Shown here: piece by piece, positions 18,940 to 27,864 of the stretch
Layout of the letters: the number at the start of each line of letters is the position of its first letter
Position numbering within the stretch: position 1 is the first letter of the stretch
Source of the DNA: an uncultured Verrucomicrobiae bacterium
GTDB lineage: Bacteria; Verrucomicrobiota; Verrucomicrobiia; Palsa-1439
Length of the DNA: 64,000 bases
NCBI GenBank assembly: GCA_963817685.1
Contig: CAWFPN010000027.1
Coordinates: forward strand, 31,763 to 95,762
Reading direction: 5' to 3'
Position numbers and translations under genes: made by a program
Notes under the pieces: model-generated
The model's database searches: none
What the model was told of the DNA's origin: nothing
What the model saw: only the letters and a program-made list of their open reading frames with translations

Positions 18940-18999
18940 GTAGGAGCGCCCTTCCGGGCGCGACATGTCGAAGAATCGCGCCCGGAAGGGCGCTCCTAC
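18940..18999. repeat. REP-like perfect palindrome (24-bp arms, 12-nt loop)
   Basis: GTAGGAGCGCCCTTCCGGGCGCGA at 18940-18963 and its exact reverse complement at 18976-18999. Each arm contains a nested palindrome GCGCCC-ttcc-GGGCGC. Lies between the accA stop and the lipoprotein gene start. Confidence 0.8.
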
Positions 19000-19039
19000 G
19001 GAAGACAATTGGGCAGCCTCCGCGTTGTTCAGCGGGCTG

Positions 19040-20065
19040 CTAGGCCTGGGTCGGGGCGGAAGCGGGCTGGTGTTCTTTCCTGGCGCGGGCGCCGCGTTTT
19101 TTCGGTTCCGCGCGGCCGAAAACGCCCATTTGGCGGTATTTCTTGTATCGTGCCTCGAGCATCTCGGCGTTCTTCAAGTCCAGCAATTTTTCCAGGTGTT
19201 TCAGGAGGGCCTTTTTGAGAGAAGCGGCCGTCTCGTCGAAATCCTTGTGCGCGCCGCCGAGCGGTTCGGGAATGATTTCATCGACCACGCCCAGCTCGAG
19301 CAGGTCCTTGGCGGTCAACTTCAGCGCCTGCGCGGCCTGGGCGGCGTTGGCGCGGTCCTTCCAGAGGATCGCGGCGCAGCCTTCGGGTGAAATGACCGAG
19401 TAATAGGAATTTTCCAGGATCAACACGCGGTCGCAGACGCCGATGCCCAGCGCGCCGCCGGAACCGCCTTCGCCGATGACGACGGCCAGCAGGGGGGTCT
19501 TGAGCACCATCATTTCGCGCAGGTTCACGGCAATGGCTTCGGCGATGTGGCGTTCCTCGGCGCCGACGCCGGGGTAGGCGCCGGGTGTGTCGATGAAACT
19601 GATCACGGGCAGATCGAATTTTTCCGCCATCTGCATCAGGCGAAGCGCCTTGCGGTAGCCTTCGGGGTGCGGGCTGCCGAAGTTGCGCATCAGGTTCTCT
19701 TTTGTATCGCGGCCCTTTTGCTGGCCGATGACCATGACGCGGCGGTCTTCAATGGTGGCCAGGCCGCCGATGATGGCGTGGTCGTCGGCGTAGCGGCGGT
19801 CGCCGTGCAGTTCGACGAAATCCGAGGCGATGCGCTGGATGTAATCCAGCATGTACGGCCGCTTGGGATGGCGGGCGAGTTGGACCCGCTGCCAGGCGGA
19901 CAAGTTGGTGAAGATTTCCTTTTTCGTCGCGTCGAGTTTGTCCTCGATGGACTTGATCTGCGCGGTCAGATCGATCTTCTGGTCGAGCGCCTGCTGGCGC
20001 AGCGCTTCGAGGGTCTGTTCCAGTTCGACGATCGGTTTTTCGAATTCCAGTGTGAAGATTCTCAT
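19040..20065 (-). CDS. accA: Acetyl-CoA carboxylase carboxyltransferase subunit alpha
   Basis: 341 aa with motifs RHPKRPYMLDYI, IGQQKGRDTKENLMRNFG and SFIDTPGAYPGVGAEERH. Confidence 0.93.
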   Translation of the reverse strand: MRIFTLEFEKPIVELEQTLEALRQQALDQKIDLTAQIKSIEDKLDATKKEIFTNLSAWQRVQLARHPKRPYMLDYIQRIASDFVELHGDRRYADDHAIIGGLATIEDRRVMVIGQQKGRDTKENLMRNFGSPHPEGYRKALRLMQMAEKFDLPVISFIDTPGAYPGVGAEERHIAEAIAVNLREMMVLKTPLLAVVIGEGGSGGALGIGVCDRVLILENSYYSVISPEGCAAILWKDRANAAQAAQALKLTAKDLLELGVVDEIIPEPLGGAHKDFDETAASLKKALLKHLEKLLDLKNAEMLEARYKKYRQMGVFGRAEPKKRGARARKEHQPASAPTQA

Positions 20066-20073
20066 CGTTTTCC

Positions 20074-20952
20074 TCAGTCGTGAATGGTGACGGGTGTTCC
20101 AATGGGCAACATCACGTACAACTCCGCGACGTCGTCGTTGAGCAGCCGGATACAGCCGGCGCTGGATTGTTTGCCAATCGAGTTGGTGTCCCAGGTCCCG
20201 TGGATGCCGTAGCCGGGCACGTTCAGGCCCAGCCAGTGGGTTCCCAGGATGTTCTCGGGATCGCCGTAGGGGATCGTCCGGCCGTCGGACCGGTACCAGG
20301 GCGGATTTTCCATCCGGCTGGTGGTCTTGAACTCTCCTTCGGGCGTTTTGCTGAATTGGCCGGTGCCGACCCGGTAGCGTTTGAAGAACTTCCCGTTATC
20401 GGTCACGGTCAAGGTGTTGGCGGTCTTGTTCACATCGACGGTGAAATGGCACTGGTAGATCCGCAGGCGGTCGCCGACGCGGATCAGGTCGCCGGACAGG
20501 CCATTTTCCTTTTTGATCAGTTCGACGGTGCTGTTGAATTTCTTGGCCAATTTGCCCAGGGAATCACCCGGGGCGATCGTATAATCGACCTTCTCGGGGG
20601 CCGGGGCGGGGGTGAAAAGGATCTGGGAATTGATTTCCCCGAGCAACGCCAGGACCTTGTCCGGCGCATTGGCGTCGGCGGCCAGCGGCTGGAGCAATTC
20701 GCGAGCATCGGCCCATTTCCCATCGGCCTTCAACGCCGTCGCGTGCTGGACAGCCGCATCAGTGGCGGCATCCACCGGCGCGGAAGCGGCGGTTGCCAGC
20801 GGGGCCGGGGGTGTGGGCGGAATGGCCGGGACATCGGCGGCGGCCGTCTGGCCGGTGGGACCGGCGGCGGCAATGGGCGCGGACGTGCTGGATGACTGGC
20901 TGCAACCGGCAAGCCAGACCGAAAGCAGGATTATACTGGACCAAAATTTCAT
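20074..20952 (-). CDS. LysM-domain L,D-transpeptidase (YkuD family) lipoprotein
   Basis: 292 aa with signal/lipobox LLSVWLAGC, an Ala/Pro linker, LysM (YTIAPGDSLGKLAKKFNSTVELIKKENGLSGDLIRVGDRLRI) and YkuD catalytic HGT...SAGCIRL. Confidence 0.88.
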   Translation of the reverse strand: MKFWSSIILLSVWLAGCSQSSSTSAPIAAAGPTGQTAAADVPAIPPTPPAPLATAASAPVDAATDAAVQHATALKADGKWADARELLQPLAADANAPDKVLALLGEINSQILFTPAPAPEKVDYTIAPGDSLGKLAKKFNSTVELIKKENGLSGDLIRVGDRLRIYQCHFTVDVNKTANTLTVTDNGKFFKRYRVGTGQFSKTPEGEFKTTSRMENPPWYRSDGRTIPYGDPENILGTHWLGLNVPGYGIHGTWDTNSIGKQSSAGCIRLLNDDVAELYVMLPIGTPVTIHD

Positions 20953-21827
20953 GTCTGCAGGTCGCGGACCACCAACCCCATCGAAGGGTAGCGGCGCGAC
21001 ACGTCTTTTTCAAGACATTTGAGGACCACGCGTTCGATGGAATGCGGCACGTCGGGCACGTGCATGCGCAGGGGCCGGAGATGCGTGTCGAACTCGGCGT
21101 ACTTGCGCAGGACCTCGTCGCGAGTGTTGCCGGTGACGGGTTTCTTGCCGGAAAGCATTTCGTAGGCGGTCACGCCAAAAGCGAAGATGTCGGCCCGTTC
21201 GTCGACCGGGCCGCGGGCGATTTGCTCCGGCGCGAGGTAGGCGGGCGTGCCCGAAAGCGTCGAGGCCCGCCGGGGCCGTGACGGGCGGGGGATGGACAGG
21301 TCGAAGTCGGTGATTTTCGGGTCGCAGCTTTTGGTGACGAGGACGTTCTCGGGTTTGAAATCGAGGTGGAGGAAGCCGCGTTCGTGGACGTGGGCCAGGC
21401 CGGCGGCCATGCCGCTGAGCAACTGGAGCTGGTTGCTGCGCAGCGAGAGGTCGTTGCGCAGGATGAGTTCCTTCAGATTGGCGCCGTCGATGTATTCGAG
21501 CACGGCGTAGCGGCGTCCGCTGAATTTGCCGTAGTCGAACAGGTGGACGACGTTGGGGTGGTCGAGTTGGCGCATGACTTCGCAGCCCCAGGTGAACCGG
21601 CGTTTACTGCGCCAGTGGAAGCGGAGTTCAGCCAGCAGCACGCGCAGCGCGAATTTTTGTCCCAGGTGGTCCGTCGCCAGATAGATGTCGGCCATGCCGC
21701 CATGGTTCATCCGCTCGTGGACTGAGTAGCCTGCGAAGCTTGTGCCGACGAGACTCATGGTGAGGTGGAACGGTACAGAACAGGGGTGGTTTTTGCAATA
21801 TTGATGATCGATTTTGCCGGTTTGCAC
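20949..21827 (-). CDS. Hanks-type Ser/Thr protein kinase domain protein, atypical (beta3 Lys replaced by Arg, DFG->DFD); start may be ATG 21758
   Basis: 292-aa ORF (GTG start). Motifs HLDFKPENVL, ITDFDLS, GTPAYLAPEQ and alphaC E...HPNVV. The VAIK position reads FALRV. No sensor or TM domain. ATGA overlap with the downstream L,D-transpeptidase gene. Confidence 0.75.
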   Translation of the reverse strand: MQTGKIDHQYCKNHPCSVPFHLTMSLVGTSFAGYSVHERMNHGGMADIYLATDHLGQKFALRVLLAELRFHWRSKRRFTWGCEVMRQLDHPNVVHLFDYGKFSGRRYAVLEYIDGANLKELILRNDLSLRSNQLQLLSGMAAGLAHVHERGFLHLDFKPENVLVTKSCDPKITDFDLSIPRPSRPRRASTLSGTPAYLAPEQIARGPVDERADIFAFGVTAYEMLSGKKPVTGNTRDEVLRKYAEFDTHLRPLRMHVPDVPHSIERVVLKCLEKDVSRRYPSMGLVVRDLQT

Positions 21828-21897
21828 GGGCGATTTCCCGGGGCAAAAAACCGCTTTTCTTCGTGATGTGCAACGTTTTCATGGGGATTCTGTGCGC

Positions 21898-21925
21898 TTG
21901 ACTTTTCCCGCCGTTCCTATATAAG
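21898..21925 (+). promoter_or_regulatory. Candidate sigma70-type promoter (TTGACT-16 nt-TATAAG)
   Basis: TTGACT at 21898-21903 and TATAAG at 21920-21925, about 45 nt upstream of the ORF starting at 21969. Confidence 0.35.
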
Positions 21926-21968
21926 GGGGACACGGTGAGTGAGTTTCATTTCTTAGGGACAGGGAGAA

Positions 21969-22337
21969 GTGGCTAAAGTGCGCTCGTACGCGGGATTGAT
22001 GTGCATCTTCTTCGTTGTAGCCAAAGCGTATATCCGCTATTGGCTCTTTCGGCCTGTCCACGAACGGCCTCCGTTTGCCCGGCATAATGAGACGCTGCGG
22101 GTGATCGAGCTGGCTGCGTGGCTGGCACTGATCGCGGTGTTTTTCTTTTCCCTGAACAGTTACAGCGTTGTCCGCACCTGCCTGATAGTCGCCGGCTTGG
22201 TGCTCTACGATGTGACGTTGCGCTACTGCTTTCTTCAGGTTGAAATCCGCCGGCTGCTGGCGCAGTCCCGGAAGTGGAGTTACGAAAGCGCCAGCCGCCA
22301 GGTGCTTCGGCGCGCGCGCATGCCGCTTGCTTCGTAG
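21969..22337 (+). CDS. Hypothetical small membrane protein (3 TM helices)
   Basis: 122-aa ORF (GTG start, alternative GTG at 21978). Hydrophobic segments LMCIFFVVAKAYI, LAAWLALIAVFFFSL and CLIVAGLVLYDV. No family recognised. Confidence 0.4.
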   Translation: MAKVRSYAGLMCIFFVVAKAYIRYWLFRPVHERPPFARHNETLRVIELAAWLALIAVFFFSLNSYSVVRTCLIVAGLVLYDVTLRYCFLQVEIRRLLAQSRKWSYESASRQVLRRARMPLAS

Positions 22338-22357
22338 CGGGCGGAGCGTGGCTCCGG

Positions 22358-23218
22358 TCATTTCCCCAGGTATTTGCCGATCAATCCTTGCAGCTTTTTC
22401 CGGGTCGCCGGCCGCATGGCCTTGGGGGAGGTCATGATCGCGGTGGCCAGGGCGTGGTGGCAGGGGCAATCGGCGGCGGGATCGATGGCGGCGGCCGCCC
22501 GGCGGATGATGTCCTGCGCGCGGTGGGCATTGTGGCGGAGGTTGGCGACGATCATGTCCACCGTCACTGTGTCATGCCCCTCGTGCCAGCTGTCGTAGTC
22601 CGTGACCATGGCCAGCGTGGCGTAACAAATCTCCGCCTCGCGCGCGCAGCGGGCCTCGCCGTAATTGGTCATCCCGATCACGTCCCAGCCCATCCGGTGG
22701 TGGAACTGTGATTCCGCCCGTGTGGAGAACGCGGGGCCTTCCATGTTCACGTAGGTGCCGCCCGCGTGCGTTGTGGCCCCGGCCGCCCGGGCGCAGGTGA
22801 CAAGCGATTGTTGCAGCCGGCGGCAAATCGGGTCCGCAAACGCCACGTGCGCCACGACGCCATCGCCGAAGAAGGTGAAGTCCTTGCTGCGTTTCGTGTG
22901 GTCGAAGAACTGGTCGATGACCACGATGTCGGTGGGTTTGTATTGTTCCTGGAGCGAGCCGACGGCGCTGACGCTGAGCAGGACGCCCACGCCGAGTTTC
23001 TTCATGCCATAGATATTGGCGCGATGGTTGAGTTCGCTGGGCAGGATCTTATGGCCGCGTCCGTGGCGGGGCAGGAAGACCAGGTCGCGGTTGCCGATGC
23101 GCCCGGTCAGGAACTGGTCGGACGGTTTGCCGAACGGCGTCGTGACGGTCACCCAACGTTTCCGTTCCAGCCCCTGCATTTCGTACAACCCGCTGCCGCC
23201 GATGACGCCGATTTTCAT
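22358..23218 (-). CDS. mtnP: S-methyl-5'-thioadenosine phosphorylase
   Basis: ORF 22358..23233 trimmed to ATG 23218. MKIGVIGGSGLY, FLPRHGRGH; PNP/MTAP family. Confidence 0.88.
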   Translation of the reverse strand: MKIGVIGGSGLYEMQGLERKRWVTVTTPFGKPSDQFLTGRIGNRDLVFLPRHGRGHKILPSELNHRANIYGMKKLGVGVLLSVSAVGSLQEQYKPTDIVVIDQFFDHTKRSKDFTFFGDGVVAHVAFADPICRRLQQSLVTCARAAGATTHAGGTYVNMEGPAFSTRAESQFHHRMGWDVIGMTNYGEARCAREAEICYATLAMVTDYDSWHEGHDTVTVDMIVANLRHNAHRAQDIIRRAAAAIDPAADCPCHHALATAIMTSPKAMRPATRKKLQGLIGKYLGK

Positions 23219-23339
23219 GCTCAACCCTTTCACTGGTTCACGGTTCCGTGATCCCGTCGTATCGGCTCTGGGATACGGAATTTAGCCGCGCACCGCAAGG
23301 CGATTCCGGCAGGAGCGATCCGCGCAATCCGCGGCGCTA

Positions 23340-25201
23340 TTATTCGACTGTCACGCTCTTGGCGAGGTTGCGGGGTTTGTCCACGTCGCAGCCGCGGAGC
23401 GACGGCGATGTGGTAGGCGAGCAGTTGGAGCGGGACGACGGTCAGCAGGGGTTGCAGACAGTCGATGGTGTCGGGGATGTAGATGACGTCGTCGGCTTTC
23501 TTGCCGATTTCCTTGTCGCCTTCGGTGGCGATGGCGATGACCGGGCCTTTGCGGGCCTTGACTTCTTCGATGTTGGCCATCACTTTGTCGTAGACGGGGC
23601 TGCGCGGGCAGATGAAGACCGATGGTGTGCGGGGGTCGACCAGCGCAATCGGGCCGTGCTTCATTTCCGCCGCGGGATAGCCCTCGGCGTGGATGTAGGA
23701 GATTTCCTTCAGCTTGAGCGCGCCTTCCAGCGCGACGGGGAAGTTGAATTGGCGGCCGAGGAACAGGAAGCTGTTGGCTTCGCAGTACTTCTTGGCGATC
23801 ACCGCGATGGCGTCGGTCTGTTTGAGGATGCTTTCCATCTTGGCGGGGATTTGCTCCAGTTCCTTAAGGATCTCCGTCCCGCGCGTGGCCGCCAGATGGC
23901 GCATGCGGCCCATCAACACCGCCAGCAACGTCAGGATCGTCACCTGCGAGGTGAACGTCTTGGTCGCGGCGACGCCGATCTCCGGGCCGGCGTGCATGTA
24001 CACGCCGCCATCGACTTCGCGGGCGATGGTGGAGCCGACGACGTTGACGATGCCGAGGGCCTTGTGGCCTTTGCGGCGGAACTCGCGGATGGCGGCGAGG
24101 GTGTCGATGGTTTCGCCGGACTGGCTGATGGCGAACACGAGAGTGTGTTTGTCCACGGGGAGCGTTGCGGTAGCGGAATTCGCTGGCGTAATCGATCTCG
24201 GTCGGGATGCGGGCCAGGTCTTCCATCAGATATTCGCCGACCATGCCGGCGTGAAGCGCGGTGCCGCAGCCGATGAAGATGATCCGGTCGGTCTGGCGCA
24301 ATTCCGCCGGCGTCAGGTTCAGGCCGCCGAGGCGCGCCGTCGATTCCTCGTGGTGGATGCGTCCGCGCAGGGCGTTCTGGATGGCGTGCGGCTGCTCGAA
24401 AATTTCCTTGAGCATGAAGTGCGGGAATTTCCCGCGCTCGACTTCCTCGGCGGCGAACTCGACCTCGCGGATCTGCGGGCTGACGGACAGGGCCTCAATC
24501 GTCGAGACCTGAAAATCGTCGCGGGTGAGCGTGACAATTTCGAAATCGTTGAGGTAGACCACGCGGCGGGTGTGCGCGATGATGGCGCTAACGTCGCTGG
24601 CCAGGAAATTCTCGTCGCGTCCCACGCCCAGCAGCAGGGGACTGCCCCGGCGCGCGCCGACGATCACGTCGGGATGATCGGCCTGGACGACGGCGATGCC
24701 GTAGGTGCCGACGACGTCTTTGAGCGCACGGCGGACGGCCTCGGTCAAAGTCGAGCCGTTCTTGCCGGGATTTTCGGCGCGGACCTGGTCGTAGTAGTCG
24801 CCGACGAGATGGGCGAGCACTTCGGTGTCCGTTTGCGAGACAAAGGTGTGGCCTTTGGCGATGAGGCGTTCCTTGAGGAGTTGGTGGTTTTCGATGACGC
24901 CGTTGTGGACGAGGGCAATTTTGCCGGACTGGTCCAGGTGCGGGTGCGCGTTTTGGTCGGTGGGCGCACCGTGCGTGGCCCAGCGCGTGTGGCCGATACC
25001 GGTGGTGCCCTTGGCGGGCTGCTGGCCGACGAGCGCGGCCAAATCGTTGATGCGGCCGGTCTTCTTGCGCAGGTCGAATTTGCCGTTGTTCAGGACGCAG
25101 AGCCCGGCGGAATCGTACCCGCGATATTCCAGACGACGCAGGCCTTCGAGAATGATGCTGGGGGCGGACTTGGAGCCAATGTAGCCAATGATGCCACACA
25201 T
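23340..25201 (-). CDS. glmS: Glutamine--fructose-6-phosphate aminotransferase, frame broken twice as assembled
   Basis: N-terminus MCGIIGYIG... is in ORF 23864..25201. The SIS region VDKHTLVFAISQSGETIDT... is in ORF 23230..24156. The true C-terminus LRGCDVDKPRNLAKSVTVE* is in a third frame ending at TAA 23342-23340. +1 changes at the run 24157-24160 and near 23399-23406. Confidence 0.9.
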
Positions 25202-25466
25202 ATATGTTTCACCTAGTTGAAGTCGCGCGATCGGGATTCAACCGAGCCCGTAACCAGGCTGTCGACGGCGGTGGCGAATCACAAGGCGTGGACTTCGATG
25301 CGTTTGTTTTTTATTGCCGTCGACGAGAACAAATATAAGCCAGTTTGACGGTTTGTCAATTGACGGTGCCGGGTGTCGTTGAAGGCTCTGGCCTCAGTCT
25401 GCTACGATGGTGCGCATGATTTCCAGCCAAGAGCGTGCGTGGACTTCGATTCGAGGCATCTGGAAG

Positions 25467-26441
25467 ATGATGGCCCTCGTCGCGTGCCTGGCGCTCCCTG
25501 CTGCGAGCCGGGCCGACACCTGCTCTGTCAGCGGTACCAATATATTGAAGAATGGTTCGGTCTGGGTCGGCGGTGGCGTGAATGCGTTTGACCAATTTGG
25601 GATCAGCGGCAAGACAGGCTGGGGGATCAGGATCGTGCGCGAGGTGGTTGATGATTTTTCGGAATGTCCGATTGCCGGCAGCGAGGGCACGCGCGCCACG
25701 TCCCTTGGGTATTTGCATCCACTGGAAGACGTCGTCAAAAACAATCGGGGCCAGGGGATGATTACGATCCTGTGTCCGTTTGGATGGGACGCGACCCGCT
25801 ACACCCAAATCCTGGGCGCGACACCTTCGGCGGAGCCCTGGTATGCCGCCTTCAAGGCGCGGCTGGCGGTTGTTGCCCGGAGGTTCGCCAGCCAGCCCGA
25901 CGTCTGGATCGAGGTTTGGAACGAACCGTATGCCTGGGACAATGCCGGGTTCACTGAAAGGCAGTGGTCGAGGGACATGACCGACCTCTACAACGTCATT
26001 CGCCTGGCGGGCAACAGCAACATTGTCCTCGTCCCGGGACAGGCCGAAGGCGGCCAGGAAACCGTGCTCGTGCATCAGGGCTCGTTCCTGACCGGCAAGA
26101 CCAACGTCGTGGCCACGATCCACTGCTACAACCGTTGGACGGGCGGCACACAAGCGGCCGGCGAGAACCGGATTCGAGCGGTCCGCGCCGCGGGATGGGC
26201 GTTGATCTTTGGAGAGGTTGGCCCGGACGCCTGGGTATCCGATTGCACCCGTCTCTTGAACGCCTCCGTCACGCAACAAGTCCCCTCGCTGGCATGGTCC
26301 TGGAATGCCGGCGACGGCTCGACGCTCGTCAAGGCCGGCGCCGCGACCGCCTGGGGCAAACAATTTTTTCGCTACCTCCCGCAATACGGCTCGTTGCAAA
26401 GCGCAACTACTGTGACATCGCCCGGCCGTAATTCGAACTGA
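25467..26441 (+). CDS. Secreted glycoside hydrolase family 5 (cellulase/mannanase-like)
   Basis: ORF 25407..26441 trimmed to ATG 25467 (signal peptide MMALVACLALPAASRA). Clan GH-A signatures VWIEVWNEP (acid/base) and ALIFGEVG (nucleophile). Confidence 0.75.
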   Translation: MMALVACLALPAASRADTCSVSGTNILKNGSVWVGGGVNAFDQFGISGKTGWGIRIVREVVDDFSECPIAGSEGTRATSLGYLHPLEDVVKNNRGQGMITILCPFGWDATRYTQILGATPSAEPWYAAFKARLAVVARRFASQPDVWIEVWNEPYAWDNAGFTERQWSRDMTDLYNVIRLAGNSNIVLVPGQAEGGQETVLVHQGSFLTGKTNVVATIHCYNRWTGGTQAAGENRIRAVRAAGWALIFGEVGPDAWVSDCTRLLNASVTQQVPSLAWSWNAGDGSTLVKAGAATAWGKQFFRYLPQYGSLQSATTVTSPGRNSN

Positions 26442-26491
26442 TCCGTTTTGCCAATTGACGGGGTTGGGGAGGGCGGGCTAGAGTCGGGGGC

Positions 26492-27799
26492 ATGTCAGGA
26501 TTGAACCTTAAGCCAATCACCCGGACGAATGTGCTGGGGGTGATCATGGGGGGCGGCGAGGGGCGGCGGTTGTTTCCGTTGACGAAGGAGCGGGCGAAAC
26601 CGGCGGTGCCGATTGCCGGGAAATACCGGCTGGTGGACATCCCGATCAGCAATTGCATCAATTCGGACATCCGCCAGATTTACGTGCTGACGCAGTTCAA
26701 TTCGGCTTCGTTGCACCGGCACATCCACCAGACGTATTCGTTCGACCGGTTCTCCCGGGGGTTTGTCGAAATCCTGGCGGCGCAACAGACCTTTGACGGG
26801 TCGACCTGGTACCAGGGCACGGCCGACGCGGTCCGGCAGAACCTGCGGACGTTTCTCCAGGACGACTACGATTACGTGGTGATTCTTTCCGGCGACCAGC
26901 TTTACCGCCTGGATTTTCGGCGGGTGCTCCAGCAACATTTGGAGACCATGGCGGACATCACCGTGGCGGTCATGCCGGTGAAGCGCCAGGAGGCAAGCTC
27001 GCTGGGCATCCTCAAGGTCAACGAAGAGAAACGCATTGTCCGCTTCGTCGAGAAACCGAAGGACCCCGCGTTCCTCGACGAGTTGAAACTGGAGGACCCG
27101 TTACTGTCGACTCTGCGGATCACCAGCAGCGAAGATCACATGCTGGCGTCGATGGGCATTTACGTCTTCAACCGCGAAGTTCTGAGGCGGGTGTTGGACA
27201 ACGACAAACCGGACTTCGGCAAGCACATCATTCCGGACGCGATCAGCACGCACCGGGTGTTCGGTTACATTTTCCAGGGCTACTGGGAGGACGTCGGAAC
27301 GATCAAATCGTTTTTCGAAGCGAACCTGGCGCTGTGCTCGTCCAAACCGTCCTTCAATTTGTTTGACCGCTCCGCGCCGATTTACACTCATGCGCGGTTC
27401 CTGCCGGCATCGAAGATCCTGCAGAGCCGGATCGACAACGCGATGATTGCCGACGGCTGCATCATCTTCAAGTCCCACATCGAGAACTCGATCATTGGCG
27501 TGCGGTCCTTCATCAGCGGCGAATGCGAACTGCGCGACACCATCACCATGGGATGCGACTTTTACGAGACGCACCCCCAGATCATGGAAGACCAGGCGAT
27601 GGGCATCCCGCATATGAGCATTGGCCATGGATGCAAGATCCAGAGGGCCATTATTGATAAAAATGTGCGCATTGGGGATTCCGTGATTATCACGGACAAG
27701 TCCGGATGCCCGGACTTTGACGGGCCGAACTATTATATACGGGACGGAATTGTGATAATTCCCAAGAATTCCGTGATTCCACCCGGGACCCGGATTTAG
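26492..27799 (+). CDS. glgC: Glucose-1-phosphate adenylyltransferase
   Basis: 435 aa with GVIMGGGEGRRLFPLTKERAKPAVPIAGKYRLVDIPISNCINS and a beta-helix C-terminus. Confidence 0.9.
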   Translation: MSGLNLKPITRTNVLGVIMGGGEGRRLFPLTKERAKPAVPIAGKYRLVDIPISNCINSDIRQIYVLTQFNSASLHRHIHQTYSFDRFSRGFVEILAAQQTFDGSTWYQGTADAVRQNLRTFLQDDYDYVVILSGDQLYRLDFRRVLQQHLETMADITVAVMPVKRQEASSLGILKVNEEKRIVRFVEKPKDPAFLDELKLEDPLLSTLRITSSEDHMLASMGIYVFNREVLRRVLDNDKPDFGKHIIPDAISTHRVFGYIFQGYWEDVGTIKSFFEANLALCSSKPSFNLFDRSAPIYTHARFLPASKILQSRIDNAMIADGCIIFKSHIENSIIGVRSFISGECELRDTITMGCDFYETHPQIMEDQAMGIPHMSIGHGCKIQRAIIDKNVRIGDSVIITDKSGCPDFDGPNYYIRDGIVIIPKNSVIPPGTRI

Positions 27800-27830
27800 A
27801 AAAGAATTGGCAGAAAGTTTAAGTCCGCTG

Positions 27831-27858
27831 TTGACAGAATTGGCGCTTCGTCTATAAT
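27831..27858 (+). promoter_or_regulatory. Near-consensus sigma70 promoter (TTGACA-16 nt-TATAAT)
   Basis: TTGACA at 27831-27836 and TATAAT at 27853-27858, in an AT-richer intergenic region upstream of tRNA-Thr/tuf. Confidence 0.6.
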
Positions 27859-27864
27859 TCGTGG

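Noticed and set aside
17980-19218. 412-aa plus-strand ORF spanning the lipoprotein locus
   Set aside because: It is antisense to the lipoprotein gene. It reads through the REP palindrome (giving ...VGAPFRARHVEESRPEGRSY...) and into the antisense strand of accA. It is Gly/Arg-rich, with no start context.
25202-25350. Possible glmS ribozyme/riboswitch in the glmS 5' leader
   Set aside because: I read the minus strand upstream of ATG 25201. Only a 9-bp inverted repeat (GTCGACGGC/GCCGTCGAC) is present. I did not find the conserved glmS ribozyme core elements. The ribozyme is in any case mainly a Gram-positive feature.
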